Part shown: positions 25,061-37,834 of the stretch, in pieces
How the letters are laid out: each line of letters starts with the position of its first letter
Position numbering within the stretch: position 1 is the stretch's first letter
Source of the DNA: Octopus sinensis
Lineage: Eukaryota
Direction of reading: 5' to 3'
Assembly (NCBI RefSeq): GCF_006345805.1
Contig: NC_043024.1
Coordinates: 12,214,001 to 12,278,000, forward strand
DNA: 64,000 bases
Notes under the pieces: generated by a model
Database searches by the model: none
Told to the model about the DNA's origin: nothing
What the model saw: the letters and a program-made list of their open reading frames with translations, nothing else
Position numbers and translations under genes: made by a program

Positions 25061-26465
25061 CTCCGTTAGCTTTGTAGCAAATGCTGTCACTGCTTTAGCA
25101 TCTCCCATTTCATGTTTCTTTACTCTTCTTTCCGTTCAGTGTGACCGACACACTATGCATTTTATAAGATATAACAGGCTTTTTTCAGTTACCATCTACC
25201 AAACCCACACACACAGCTTTTGTCAACTTGAAGGCTATAATAAAAGACACCTGTCCAAGGTGCCACAAAGCAGGACTGAACCTGAAACCATGTGACTGGG
25301 AAGCAAACTTCTTACTGCTCAGCCATGCCTGCATTATTCCAGTAAATGTTAAATATCTATCAAACAAAGAACTGGTATTTTCTAGACGTATATAAAACCC
25401 TTTTCTACAGTTAAAGGTAATAAATTTGGGAAATGGTATATCTGATTTCTGAAGTAAAAGGATTAACCTACAACTAATTCTGTCACATATTCTGGACACT
25501 TCTATGTTACCCCACCATTTCTCTGCTATTAGTATGCCTACTCCACTTAAACTGGCATTGTTACTTACCTGAAGAATCTACACCTGTATTCTTTACCTGT
25601 GATGGAATGATTGGATGCTCTTATGACAACAGCCTATTTGATGCAACATGTACTGTTGAGGCTTCATGTGAATGGAAAGGTGCTATTCTTACCATGACTC
25701 TAGCTTTTGTATGTAGTCTTGCTTTGCAACGATCTCTCTACTCGCATTACCAACATTTCAATTTATGGTTTGTTTTTGCTTACTTGGTCTGTATAGAAGA
25801 AATCCACTGGAAAAAAAACTTTAATTATCTACATTTTGGCAATATTTCACCAGCCATAAAAGCAGTGAGCTGACAGAATTGTCAGCAGGCTCAGCAATAT
25901 TTTGTTTTATTTGTTCTGAGTTTAAATTTCATTAAATTCGACTTTGCCGTTCATCCTCCATATATAAATACACACAAACACTTGTATACAACTCACATAG
26001 TCTCGTATGCATATAATTATGTCAGGACAGAAGCAAACACACCCAATTGTCATAATTCTACCGAAAGCAAGACAGAGTGTCTAATGAGCTGCCAAGAGGG
26101 GAACATTCATGACTCTTTCAATCAACAAATGAAGGGAAGTGGGATACAAAGGTGTGTGCAGCTTTGGCAGTCTGAGTGTTAGAGCAGGGGTCACGCCTGT
26201 CTGTCAATCATCACAAAATATCAAGGTACAAAGCAATTCTTTGAAAAATAAATAAGAAACACAAATAACAAATTCAATAGAATTTTATTTTATCTTAAGA
26301 ATCCATAATTCAACGTGGCAGTTTGCTGCAAAGTCTCTTAGAGTAAAATAGATGCCTCCTAGCATCCATGAAAATCATCATCACCATTTTCATATACACT
26401 TTCCCATGCTTGCATTGGTCGGACAAAGCTTATTATTGGCTGATTTTGCACATCTGTCAATAATA

Positions 26466-27821
26466 TCACCTCTCTTCTGTATGAATGGATCTGTGTCTAG
26501 TTAAGTCTTTCATTTGACAATATGATTTTCCACAGATATCACAGTGATATGGTTTGTCTCCTGTATGAATGCGTTTGTGATTAGTTAAGTTACTTGCTAC
26601 AGTAAATGATTTACCACAGATATCACAGGTATAGGGTTTCTCCCCTGTGTGAATGCGTTTATGATTTGTTAAGTTACATCTAACAGAAAATGACTTACCA
26701 CAGACATCACAGTGATATGGTGTCTCTCCTGTATGAATATACCTATGCCTAGTTGAGTTACTCTTCAAAGAGAATGACTTACCACAGATATCACAGGGAT
26801 ATGGTTTCTCTCCTGTATGAATATATTTGTGTTTTCTTAAATTACTTCTGACAGAAAATGATTTACCACAGACATCACACGGATATGGTTTCTCTCCTGT
26901 ATGAATGCGAATGTGATTAGTTAAGCTACTATTGGCGAAGAATGATTTGCCACAGATATCACAGCGATATAGCTTTGCTTCTTCATGATTCTCTTTGTGA
27001 CTACGGAGGAGATTTTTATCAGAGAAAAATTTACCACAGATGTTACAGTAACAACGTTTCTCTCCAACATGAGTCAGTTTGTGCTGAGTTAAATCTCCCT
27101 TTAAGGAAAACAATTCATCACACATATCACAGTGATAAGGTTTCCCTCCTGTGTGAGCATACTCGTGTGCAGTTAAGTACCATTTTTGAGAAAATCCTTC
27201 ACCACAGATACTACAGTGATATGGTTTCTCTCCTGTATGAATATATTTATGCGTAGTTAAGTGACTGTTTTGAGAAAATGATTCACCACAGAAGTTACAG
27301 TGAAACGGCTTTTCTCCAGTATGGGTCCGTATATGTTTAGCTAAAATATATGTCTGAGAGAATGATTTATCACAGAAATCACATTTATATGGTTTTTCTC
27401 CTGTATGGCTTTTTATGTGTCTTGTTAAGTGAATAATCTGAGAGAATGATATACCACAGATATCACAGCGATATGGTTTCTCTCCTGTATGAATACGTTT
27501 GTGTTTAGTTAAGGTACTTCCATCGGAGAATGAATTACCACAGATATCACAATGATGTGGTTTCTCTCCTGTATGAATATAGTTGTGTCTAACTAAATGA
27601 TGTTTATGAGAAAATGATTTACCACAAATTCCACAGCTATATGGCTTTTCTCCAGTATGGGAATATTTGTGTGAATTTAAACTATCTGCACGCGAAAATG
27701 ATTTACCACAGACATCACAGTTATGGGAATTAATGCATTTGTGAGTGGTGAGTGTAACGGCCTTACAAAATGACCTTTTACACATATCACAGTTGTAGGA
27801 TTTTTCTAATACTTTTGGCAT
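26466..27821 (-). CDS. C2H2 zinc-finger protein, cluster gene 1 (451 aa, 16 fingers; first finger atypical)
   Basis: Intact ORF of tandem CxxC..H..H repeats with TGEKPY linkers. No KRAB/SCAN/BTB-like domain is seen. Upstream acceptor ttttatttcag| at 28026. Confidence 0.95.
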   Translation of the reverse strand: MPKVLEKSYNCDMCKRSFCKAVTLTTHKCINSHNCDVCGKSFSRADSLNSHKYSHTGEKPYSCGICGKSFSHKHHLVRHNYIHTGEKPHHCDICGNSFSDGSTLTKHKRIHTGEKPYRCDICGISFSQIIHLTRHIKSHTGEKPYKCDFCDKSFSQTYILAKHIRTHTGEKPFHCNFCGESFSQNSHLTTHKYIHTGEKPYHCSICGEGFSQKWYLTAHEYAHTGGKPYHCDMCDELFSLKGDLTQHKLTHVGEKRCYCNICGKFFSDKNLLRSHKENHEEAKLYRCDICGKSFFANSSLTNHIRIHTGEKPYPCDVCGKSFSVRSNLRKHKYIHTGEKPYPCDICGKSFSLKSNSTRHRYIHTGETPYHCDVCGKSFSVRCNLTNHKRIHTGEKPYTCDICGKSFTVASNLTNHKRIHTGDKPYHCDICGKSYCQMKDLTRHRSIHTEER

Positions 27822-28668
27822 GTCTCAGGGAAAAGATGGACTCCGTTGGAGTTTCTCACATAAATTTCCAAGTGATTTTCTTCTTTTACCAGATTAACCA
27901 GAATTCACCATGGATTTATACAAACAAGGTTAAAAGTTATAACTGTTCTGTACATCTTTTCTCTTAGTCATTATAAGATAATAACAATGATGTGGCTGAA
28001 GTTAATTCTGTTCTGCCAATGTCATCTGAAATAAAAAACAGAATAAGATATAAGGGACACTTAAGAAGTTAGGATTCAACAGTAGAAATTTTACAATGTT
28101 CTTCTTGATAAAATGTAAACAAAACTCTTTACATGAATGACTCAACTTATCCAAAGTATCTATATTTATGATAAGAGATAGATGTGTGTGTGTATATATA
28201 TGTAAAGGTAAGATCCAAGGATCAAGGTATAGGAAGTTGGTAAGCTTCAAGCAGTCTGTAGAAAATATAAAAGACAACTTTCAGAAACAATAGTGCTTTA
28301 TTGACGTAGAAAGTTCAATAAGCTGAATAAAAGTTATTTTATAGTTCATGGTTAGCAGCTGGGGTTGCTGTGTATGTGAATAAAAATCCAAATTTAGGAA
28401 ATGAAGTGAATAAAATCCAGGCTACATGTTTCATTGCTAGCAGAATCTCACATGTAGTAATTGCCCAAATATAATCTAATGAAGTTTGCATTGTAATCAA
28501 GGGGCCCTATATTAACTCACAGGAGATAAGGTATCTTTGGTCCGACAAGTAGCTGGGGGGTTACCCCTCATTTGGGAAATTATTACTTCTGATGTTCTGC
28601 TAGCTATGAAAATATATGTGTCCTGAATTTTGGATACATATGTATATATATACATACATACATACACA

Positions 28669-29397
28669 CAAGGGTTGGATAAAATAATGGAAATACCTTA
28701 AAATTTCAAACAAATTCATTTTAATAGGGAGTAGGACTGCCTTTGGCAGTAATTACAGCTTGAATTATACAAGGTATGGACTTGTACAAAGTTTGAATTG
28801 TTTTCAAAGGAATTTTTGTCCATTCTTCAACTAAAACAGTCTCCAGTTCTTGTAGAGATGATGGTGGAGGATATCGACTCCTTACTTGTTTTTCTAAAAT
28901 ACACCATAAATGTTCAATAATTTAATATTTGGGGACTGTGGTGGCCTGATAACCTATGGGTTCTCTAGGTGGTCATTAAGCTCTGCAGTAATTTTGTGAT
29001 CCTTTCTAACAATTCGGGTAGGAATCCGACAGACCCTATCTGAAAGTTTTGGTTTTCTTCTGGAGTTTTGTTTCAATAAGGTTTTTACCCTCTTTGTCAA
29101 AGGCTGTCATTACTTTTGAGATAATACTTCTTGCTACACCAAACATTTCTGCTGTTTTCGTTAAGCTAGCACCTGCCATATGAGCACCAACAATCTGACC
29201 TCTTTGAAAGTCCGATAGATCTGTCATTTTCATGAATTTTAATTACCTTTTTCTGATGAAAACAGCAATTTTAGCAAAACATATTAAGCAATACTAATAA
29301 TAGATCAAAAAACATGAAAATAAACAAGCTTTTGATGTTTTTATAGAGACTCCAAATTTATGATGCTAGGTGTTTCCATTATTTTGCCCAACCCCTG
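28669..29397 (-). mobile_element. Internally deleted Tc1-like element
   Basis: Imperfect TIRs caagggttggataaaataatggaaatacc / ggtgtttccattattttgcccaacccctg. N-terminus MTDLSDFQRGQIVGA..SLTKTAEMFGVARSIISKV, joined to a WPPQSP relic. Confidence 0.85.
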
Positions 29398-31282
29398 TAT
29401 GTATAAATTTGAGTAATGTTTCTCTGTCTGTTACATTATGTTCATTAACTCCTCCTAAATCATTAGTGCATGGACAACAAAACGCAAACCAGCAACTCCC
29501 CTAATCCCAGGCAATGTCTTTAGAGGATCTATTTTTTTAAGGGCCCCACTGATCCCCCACCCACTATTTTTACTGCAACTAAGTACATGGCATTGGCGAC
29601 CAAACCAGAGCAATAACAATGATTTTTATACCATTAACTCCTAGGGAGTATCACAAGGAGGTTCAATTTCTGAAGGGCTGCTTAAATGGGGACCCACTGA
29701 TCCGTTTACCTCGCTCCTTCACTTATTTATTAAACTATGATCAGCATCAGTGCTGAACACATTTGCAGAAATATATTTTATTACACAAGGGTAGAGGACT
29801 ATGAAGCTGCCCAACTGTGGGGCCTGAAGGCCTCAAAGGTGCTCTCCACAGGAGATAGCTTGAACGCTGCCCAAAGGGCGGTTTCAGAACTAGTATATAT
29901 TTATATACATACATACATATATATATACACACACACATATAAACAGTCATACCTATTTCTTTACTGCCCACAAGGGGCTAAACATAGAGGGGACAAACAA
30001 GGACAAAGGGATTAAGTCGATTACATCGACCCCAGTGCGAAACTGGTACTTTATTTATCGACTCCGACGGGATGAAAGGCAAAGTCAACCTTGGCAGAAC
30101 ATAAACATACATATATATATATGAAGTTCGGTTTATAGGAAAGATATAGGAGAACAATTAGAAGGTAGCCAGATGTCACATAAGTGTCCTAGGAATGAGT
30201 GATCACACTAGTGTGGAAATTATTAATTCCAGGGAGAAGTGACACATATTTTGGAGAAGATAGGAAAAGCTGAAAATGGAGACAAACGCTCAAGATGAAG
30301 TTGATTCATATCTTCGTATCACCGACATATGTTTCGACGGCTGCATTCAAAATAAATTTCAAGTTGCCTTTTGTAGATGTATGTCAGTTGGTATGTGAGC
30401 GCCCGACAATTTGTCTCTTTGTCCACATTAAATTACAACGTTATCGTAATCTACACGCTCTGAATGATATATATGTAGAAATTTCATTAAAAAATACTAA
30501 TTTCTCTGGAAGTTATGAGGAAACAAAACCCGATTCGTGTAAACTTCCCGAAACTCCTTTGTCCCGCTCGGAAATGTTTTCACAAATTCCCATATATTCG
30601 TCATCTACACCACCTGAATGGTATTTGTAGAGAATTTCATTTTGAAAATAATTTATTTTTCAGTAAATGACGAAGGATCAAAGCTGGGGTGGGCACACAT
30701 ATGTAGGTGTACCAAAGTAGCATCACATTCATAAATTACTTGAATAAAAGGCGGTTTTAGGTTTCAAATACACATATAAGCATATCTGGGATCCGACAGT
30801 GCGGCCCAGGTACAAGAGTTGTAGGGTTTTGAGGAATGAGGAACCGTCTTTTAACAACTGTTGGTCTTCGGTCTACTCTGACAAGGATCGGTAGCACCTG
30901 TTAGGGTCCAATCAATGGGATAACTAGCACGTGAAGCCCTGGGAGTAGTAATGGGTCCTTAGTTCTCTTTAGTACTTACTTTTAGAAGGTAAACTCGTAT
31001 AAAAACAAAAACCTGAAGTGGTGTTTGTTTCTGTATTGTACCCTTGGTTTTATAGCTGACTGCGCCAAAAAGTGGGCGCTGTGCAACAGGCACAGAGAAG
31101 TCTTGGACTTAATGAGTTTCAGAAATGGTTAGGGACCCTAATTCGGTCGCGAGTTGACTTCCACCAAATCCGAATTCCTTTGGAAAGGTTTTGGGGCGAT
31201 CTTTGCACCAGAGATCGTTAAACAGTCTTCCCCAAACGATACAGTAAATAAATACAGAATGGCAGGTAAACATGTATTAGAA

Positions 31283-31431
31283 AACAGTAGATAAATATGA
31301 TTACTTTACCATGTGATTATGTTTCATCGGAAACGGATTTTCTCTCCGATGAATCGGATGAAAATAAAGACATTCGCCTGGCGACCCACCGCGACGGCAT
31401 CAAGTGGCCAATATCCGTTTGCGCATGCGTA
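31283..31431 (-). promoter_or_regulatory. Promoter/non-coding exon 1 of gene 1
   Basis: NRF1-like tgcgcatgcgta at 31420-31431 and donor CATG|GTAAAG at 31310/31309. Paralogous to the modules at 40.0, 47.7, 50.6 and 57.5 kb. Confidence 0.65.
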
Positions 31432-32410
31432 TCACGAAATACAAGGCTAACGAATGTGAATTGACTGCAGCAGTCTCGCTGGTCCAACGGATCGAAGAGC
31501 TCCAATCGAACAAATTCATCCCCAGGACTTATTGATTGTATGTGTTTGACGAACCTCTATGTTACAGGGACATAAAGAAACAAGCACCGTTTGTTAAGAG
31601 GTGTAGGGAGACAAACACACATATATACCTTTCGGCTGTTTCAGTCATTACAGTGCGGCCATACTGGGGCATAGCTTTGATTTTTTTTTTTATCAAATGA
31701 ATCAACCTCAATACTTCTTTTTTAAGCCTGGTTTTTATTCTATCGATCTCTTCCCAACACTGGTTGTCAAGTAGGGGTGGGGGAACAAACATAGACGTGT
31801 ATACATACATATATACAACAGTCTTCTTTCAGTTTCCATATAGCAAATTCACTGTCAAGCTTTTGCTCAGCCCCAGGATATAGTAGAAGACACTTGCCCA
31901 AGGTGCCCTGCAGTAGGAGAGAACCTGGAACCATGTAGTTGGAAAGCAGGCTTCTTCCCACACAGCCATGCCTGCACCTATAGCCACGTATGACATATCT
32001 TCTTTCAGTTTCCGTCTAACAAATCCACACGAGTATTTTGTTGTCCCAGGGCTATTAATTGAGAAAGCTATTCAATGAGACGACTACACCTGCATTTTGC
32101 ATGAAATTTGTCACAGGTAAGTTATCCAAAATGCTAATTACAATTAAGATGACGGAATTTTTTTAAAATCCAGTATTTTTATACTTGGACCACCTCGTTG
32201 CCTGGAAGTTGAATAAAAACTGTCTACACCGTTGTTGCTTGGATGGATGTTATGCATTTAAGGCTGGCTATGAATGATATAACACCAATAATTTAAATTT
32301 TATTTCACTGCACAAGTAACATTGTGGCTGGTCATGAATTATAAAAGTTCCACAATAAATCAACACAATTTATCATCAACGTCCATTTTCTATATTGGCA
32401 TGGGTTAGAC

Positions 32411-32722
32411 CAGATGTGCTCAACCCTTTTCTATCTATGGACCCCTTTGATTACTATTTTATTCTGGTGGACCCTTATACCTATTCGATGTTTAAAACTT
32501 GTTTTATAGAAATTTCTTTCAAAATTCCTAATTTGTTTTTCACACATTAACTTCTGTAGCTTGAACTATGTAAAATGTTAGAAAAAAAACCCCAGCAGTT
32601 TCTTGCAATACCAAAACAAAATATTTTCAGGGGTCCTTAAAATATTATTGTGGATCCTCAATTTACTGTTTTGTTGCATGGTCCCTCGAAAATCTTGTAT
32701 GGACCTCACTTGAGAACCATTG
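32411..32722. mobile_element. hAT-type MITE with 8-bp TSD
   Basis: Ends CAGATGTGCTCAACC and TTGAGAACCATTG, flanked by identical GGTTAGAC (32403-32410 and 32723-32730). Confidence 0.85.
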
Positions 32723-32739
32723 GGTTAGACAGTTTGACT

Positions 32740-33330
32740 GGAGGTGGTAAACTCGAGGGCTTCCATGGCCCCTATTTTGTTCTTAGTTTTTGTAACAGTA
32801 ATAACCTGAAACCTGTGATTTCTGACAGCTACTAGTATTGGTTGTTGTGGATCTTCTTGAAGTAGGGCTGGAATAGATGGTATCAGGTGAAAGTCCATTG
32901 TCAAAAGGGTTGAGTTAGCAGGAACCCTATGCTGTTCGTTGGGTATCATATGTAGGTCCTTAGAATTCCTAAGCTTAAAGTTGTTAGTGTCAGCAAGGTT
33001 AGAGGTTGTGGAGTAAGAGAGATTATGTATTTTTTGAATATTTAATAGTATTTGTAGTGTTGTGGAAGTTTGTTTTAAGTAGATGAAATTTTACTTGAAG
33101 ATTGAAAGGGGGAATTATATCAGGTAACTTTCTCATTTCTATTTTTCTTCTCTTAATGTTGGTGTTATTAAAGTTTCTTATTCTGAGGAGTTAGGGTTTT
33201 AACTGACATGGTGCAGGAGTGATTTGTGGGGCTGGGCACAGGATTCTCAAGTTGATTTATTATGATTATGCAAAGAAGTTTTAGGGTGTTGAGTTTGGTA
33301 TATAAAGGATCTTTTCTGAGTATCCACTCC
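32740..33330 (-). mobile_element. Penelope-like RT relic
   Basis: DTNNFKL..IP..NSTLLTMDFHLIPSIP resembles the PLE RT motif DT..FL..LVT.DV.SLY.SIP. Confidence 0.5.
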
Positions 33331-33344
33331 TGGTAAGAGCTTCA

Positions 33345-34042
33345 CTGATTCTGCAAAGAAAGAGGCTTGGAAATGCCATTATGAAAGGCTGCTAAATGAA
33401 GAGAATGAGAGTCTTCCAAAAGTTAACCCAACTAAGGGACCAGCTATCCATATCAATAGTACCTTGGTGGATAAATCAATTAAGGATATGAAGATAGGGG
33501 AAGCCCCTGGTCCATCAGGAATCACCACTCAGATGCTTACTGCTACAAAGGTAAAGGTGACACCTTAGATAGAAATAATTACAGAGGTATCAAATTGTTG
33601 GATCAGGTGATGAAAGTCATGGAGAGGGTCATGGCCCAGTTAATTAGTCTAGATAAGATGCAGTTTGGTTTTGTGCCAGGGAGAAGTACTCTTCTATATT
33701 TCTGGTAAGACAGCTGCAGAAGTAGAGAAGTTTCAGGTGTGGAAGCAAGGTCTAAAATCGAAGGACCTTAGAGTTAACCTAGCAAAAACCAGTGTTAGTA
33801 AGTAGGAAAGCAGATAAATCACAAATACCCTCAGGTAGATGACCCTGCTCAGTCTGTAGGAAAGGTGTAGGTAGAAATTCCATAAGATGTACCCAGTGCA
33901 AGCAATGGATACATAAAAAGGTCAGCAATATCAGGAAAGTTAACAGGGAAAATAGTTTTTGTGTGGTAGGTGCACAGGTACAATTAACACTAAAAACGTG
34001 CAGAAAATAGACTCCATCAAATGCCAAGGGGGGAAACTGGAA
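33345..34042 (+). mobile_element. Heavily deleted RTE fragment
   Basis: KEAWKCHYERLLNEENE, GEAPGPSGIT, MQFGFVPGRST; ends at CQGGKLE. Confidence 0.85.
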
Positions 34043-34599
34043 GAATCAGGTCATCAAGAATGAAATATTCTATTTTCAACTGAAACTTTATTTTATCTCA
34101 ACAAAAAGTAATGCACCTAAATTATCAACACAATTTTACCATTTTATTGGTAGCTTATTTATGCTAGCAGTGAAGAATTCTAGAGGGCAAGAGGTGACAC
34201 AAAATGTTTCCTTGCAAAAAATTGTCTAATGCCTGGAAAATGTGTCCGACAAATGGGAACAGGAAACTCTGAGTAACAGTTTAGTGTGCAGCTTTATTAA
34301 AGCATATTACTCTACCTCCAGGATTCAAGTATTATTTTTTCCACCTTGTTTCATGTCTATGTGCTTACACTGGTATATATATATATATATATACATATAC
34401 AGTATGTAATAACAAAATATTTTCTTTCATGATTTCGATATTTATTTTGAATATAACAGAACAACCTTCTGAGAATATATTTCTCACCTACAGACCAACA
34501 ATGTCCCATGAATCTAAAGTATATTTTGTCCTTTTTGGAAAATATCAGATGGAGTATATGTCAGTATTATAAAAGTCAGTGATTCTTTTGTTTGTATGA

Positions 34600-35778
34600 A
34601 GAAATAGTTGATAGTTTCCGTTACCTAGGTGACCAAGTCAGCAGTGGGGGCGGGTGTGCTGAAAGTGTAACTGCTAGAGTAAGAATAGCTTGGGCAAAGT
34701 TCAGAGAGCTCTTACCTCTGCTGGTGACAAAAGGCCTCTCGCACAGAGTGAAAGGCAGACTGTATGATGCGTGTGTACAAACAGCCATGCTACATGGCAG
34801 TGAAACATGGGCCGTGACTGCTGAGGATTTGCGTAAGCTCGCAAGAAATGAAGCCAGTATGCTCCGATGGATGTGTAATGTCAGTACTCACACTCGGCAG
34901 AGTGTAAGTACCTTGAGAGAAAAGCTGGACCTAAGAAGCATCAGTTGTGGTGTGCAAGAGAGACGTTCGTGCTGGTATGGTCATGTGGCGAGAATGGATG
35001 AAGATAGTTGTGTGAAAAAGTGCCACACCCTAGCGGTTGAGGGAACCTGTGGAAGAGGCAGACCCAGGAAAACCTGGGACGAGGTGGTGAAGCACGACCT
35101 TCGAACTTTAGGTCTCACTGAGGAAATGACTAGAGACCGAGTCCTCTGGAAGTGTGCTGTGCGCGAGAAGACCCGGCAGGATAAGTGAGTCCATAACCCG
35201 TGGCCTTCTACATGGGATGGAGCCAGCCTATGTATGCATACCTTCCCTTCTTGGGACACAAAATTCTACTTGTGAAGACCTGTTGAGGCAAGTGAGGATC
35301 AGAATCGAAATCGATCAATGGAAATTGCAGATGTGTTACCAGTGCCGGTGGCATGTCGAAACTCTACTTGTGAAGATCCGTTGAGGCAAGTGAGGATCAG
35401 AATGGAAATCGATCAATGGAAATTGCAGATGTGTTACCAGTGCCGGTGGCATGTAAGAGAACCTTCCGTTTCGCGACCGTTGCCAGCACTGCCCCGTTTC
35501 GTGTCCGTTGCCAGCCTCGCCTGGCCCTCGTGCCGGTGGCACATAAAAAGCACCATCCGTTCGTGGCCGTTTGCCAGCTCTGTCTGGCACCTGTGCGGGT
35601 GGCACGTAAAAAGCACCCACTACACTCACGGAGTGGTTGGCGTTAGGAAGGGCATCCAGCCGTAGAAACACTGCCAGATTTGACTGGGCCTGATGAAGCC
35701 TTCTGGCTTCACAGACCCCAGTAGAACCGTCCAACCCATGCTAGCATGGAAAACGGACGCTAAACGACGATGATGATG
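34600..35778 (+). mobile_element. 5'-truncated RTE LINE with intact ORF end and full 3' UTR
   Basis: ORF 34592-35188, repeated ggtggcacataaaaagcacc modules and a (gat)n tail. Possible TSD ATGAAGA at 34596-34602 and 35776-35782. Confidence 0.93.
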
Positions 35779-36226
35779 AAGACTCTGTTAAAGATGTTAA
35801 TTTTATTACATAAATTGACTTTGAAACAATGGTTTGCCCCATATACTACAGAGACATAGCTTTCTTTAATGAAGTGCTGCCATCAGAGAATGAGTTACCA
35901 CAAATGTCACAGTGACTTGGATGCATTTGTGAGCAGTTAGGATGATTATGTACTCATTCCAGTGAGTAAAGTAGAGAAATTTTGCTAGTAATCTTATTTA
36001 GAGCAAATATTTCACTATAATTCCTCACAGATTTACATAAGTGTCTGTTCAGTATAACATATACTTTTGATAATCAATATTGACGATGTGTCTGAAGTTT
36101 GTTACCATACTATTTTATTATCTGTGTATATAATGTATGTTTACATATTAGTTTCATAGAATGAGTTGTGACATCAATACAAATGTACAGTTAATTGAGA
36201 GGGTATTACAAAAACCATCAGTAATA

Positions 36227-37834
36227 TTACTTCTCTCCTGTATGAACGGATTTGTGTTTAGTTAAGTCCTTGATCTCAGAGAATGTCTTATCACAGGTAT
36301 CACACTCATATGGCTTCTCTCCAGTATGAATAGACATATGTTTCTTTAAGTTATTTGTTGTAAGAAATGATTTACCACAGATATAACAGCGATGTGGTTT
36401 CTCTCCTCTGTGAATTCGTTTGTGTTGTTTTAAGGTACTTCCTAGAGAGAATGATTTACCACAGATGTCGCACTGATAGGGTTTGTGTCTAGTATGAATG
36501 CGTCCATGATTAGTTAAAGTAGACTTTATAGAAAATGATTTGCCACAGATATCACACTGATATGGTTTCTCTCCCGTATGAATAGATGTGTGTTCAGTTA
36601 AGCTTTCTTTTTCACAGAATGTGTCACCACAAATCTCACAGCGATATGGTTTTGTTGTTTCGTGAATCTGCTTGTGCCTACTTAAGTTACTTTTATCAGA
36701 GAATGTCTTATCACAGACATTACAGTGAAATGGTTTTTCTCCAGTATGGGTCCGTACATGGTTAATAAGAATAAATTTTTGTGAGAATGATTTATCACAA
36801 AAATCACATTTATATGGTTTTTCTCCTGTATGGCTTTTTATATGCCTAGTTAAGTAAATAAGCTGAGGAAAAGATTTCCCACAGGTCACACAATGATATG
36901 GTTTCTCTCCTGTATGAACGTGTTTGTGCTGTTGTAAGACGCTTTTCACAGAAAATGATTTACCACAAATCTCACAGTGATATGGTTTCTCTCCTGTATG
37001 AATGCGTTTGTGATTAGTTAAGCTACCTTTTACAGTAAATGAATTCCCACAGATATCACAGGTATAGGGTTTCTCTCCTCTATGACGGCGTTTGTGATTG
37101 GCTAAGTAAGTGCTTACAGAGAATGATTTACCACAGATATCGCAGTGATACGCTTTCTCTTCTCCATGAATCTCTTTGTGATTACGTAAGCTACTTTTAT
37201 CAGAGAATGATTTGCCACAGACATCACAGTGATGTGGTTTTTCTCCAGTATGGGTCCGTACATGTTTAGCTAAAATATATGCTTGAGAGAATGATTTATC
37301 ACAGAAATCACATTTAAATGGTTTTTCTCCTGTATGACTTTTTATGTGTCTAGTTAAGTGAATAATTTGAGGGAAGGATTTACCACAGATAACACAGCAA
37401 TATGGTTTCTCCCCTGTATGAATGCGTTTGTGTTTAGTTAAGGTACTTCCATCGGAGAATGAATTACCACAGATATCACAATGATGTGGTTTCTCACCTG
37501 TGTGAACATAGTTGTGTCTAACTAAATGATGTTTATAAGAAAACGATTTACCACAGATTTTACAGCTATGTGGCTTTTCTCCAGTATGAATATATTTGTG
37601 TGAAGCCAAACTGTCTGCACGAGAAAACGACATCCCACACATATCACAGTGATATGGTTTCTCTCCGGTATGAATGCGTTGATGTGTAGTTAAGGTGTTC
37701 TTATCAAAGAAGGATTTACCACAAACATCACAATGACAGGGACTCACACATTTGTGAGTGGTGAGTGTCACGGCCTTAGAAAATGACTTTTTACACACAT
37801 CACACTTGTATAGCTTTTTTTTCTCTTTTGCCAT
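36227..37834 (-). CDS. C2H2 zinc-finger protein, cluster gene 2 (535 aa, 19 fingers)
   Basis: Intact ORF with TGEKPY linkers. Acceptor ttttgtttcag| at 38021. Confidence 0.95.
   Translation of the reverse strand: MAKEKKKLYKCDVCKKSFSKAVTLTTHKCVSPCHCDVCGKSFFDKNTLTTHQRIHTGEKPYHCDMCGMSFSRADSLASHKYIHTGEKPHSCKICGKSFSYKHHLVRHNYVHTGEKPHHCDICGNSFSDGSTLTKHKRIHTGEKPYCCVICGKSFPQIIHLTRHIKSHTGEKPFKCDFCDKSFSQAYILAKHVRTHTGEKPHHCDVCGKSFSDKSSLRNHKEIHGEEKAYHCDICGKSFSVSTYLANHKRRHRGEKPYTCDICGNSFTVKGSLTNHKRIHTGEKPYHCEICGKSFSVKSVLQQHKHVHTGEKPYHCVTCGKSFPQLIYLTRHIKSHTGEKPYKCDFCDKSFSQKFILINHVRTHTGEKPFHCNVCDKTFSDKSNLSRHKQIHETTKPYRCEICGDTFCEKESLTEHTSIHTGEKPYQCDICGKSFSIKSTLTNHGRIHTRHKPYQCDICGKSFSLGSTLKQHKRIHRGEKPHRCYICGKSFLTTNNLKKHMSIHTGEKPYECDTCDKTFSEIKDLTKHKSVHTGEK

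Noticed and set aside
25560-25790. Strong - strand donor CAG|GTAAGT at about 25570 as a coding exon
   Set aside because: All three frames upstream contain stops. At most it is a non-coding exon, and nothing else supports it.
26942-27256. Antisense ORFs over ZNF genes ([16 protein letters not shown] types; also at 37039, 43561, 53202, 63297 and 63717)
   Set aside because: Shadow frames produced by the 84-bp finger periodicity.
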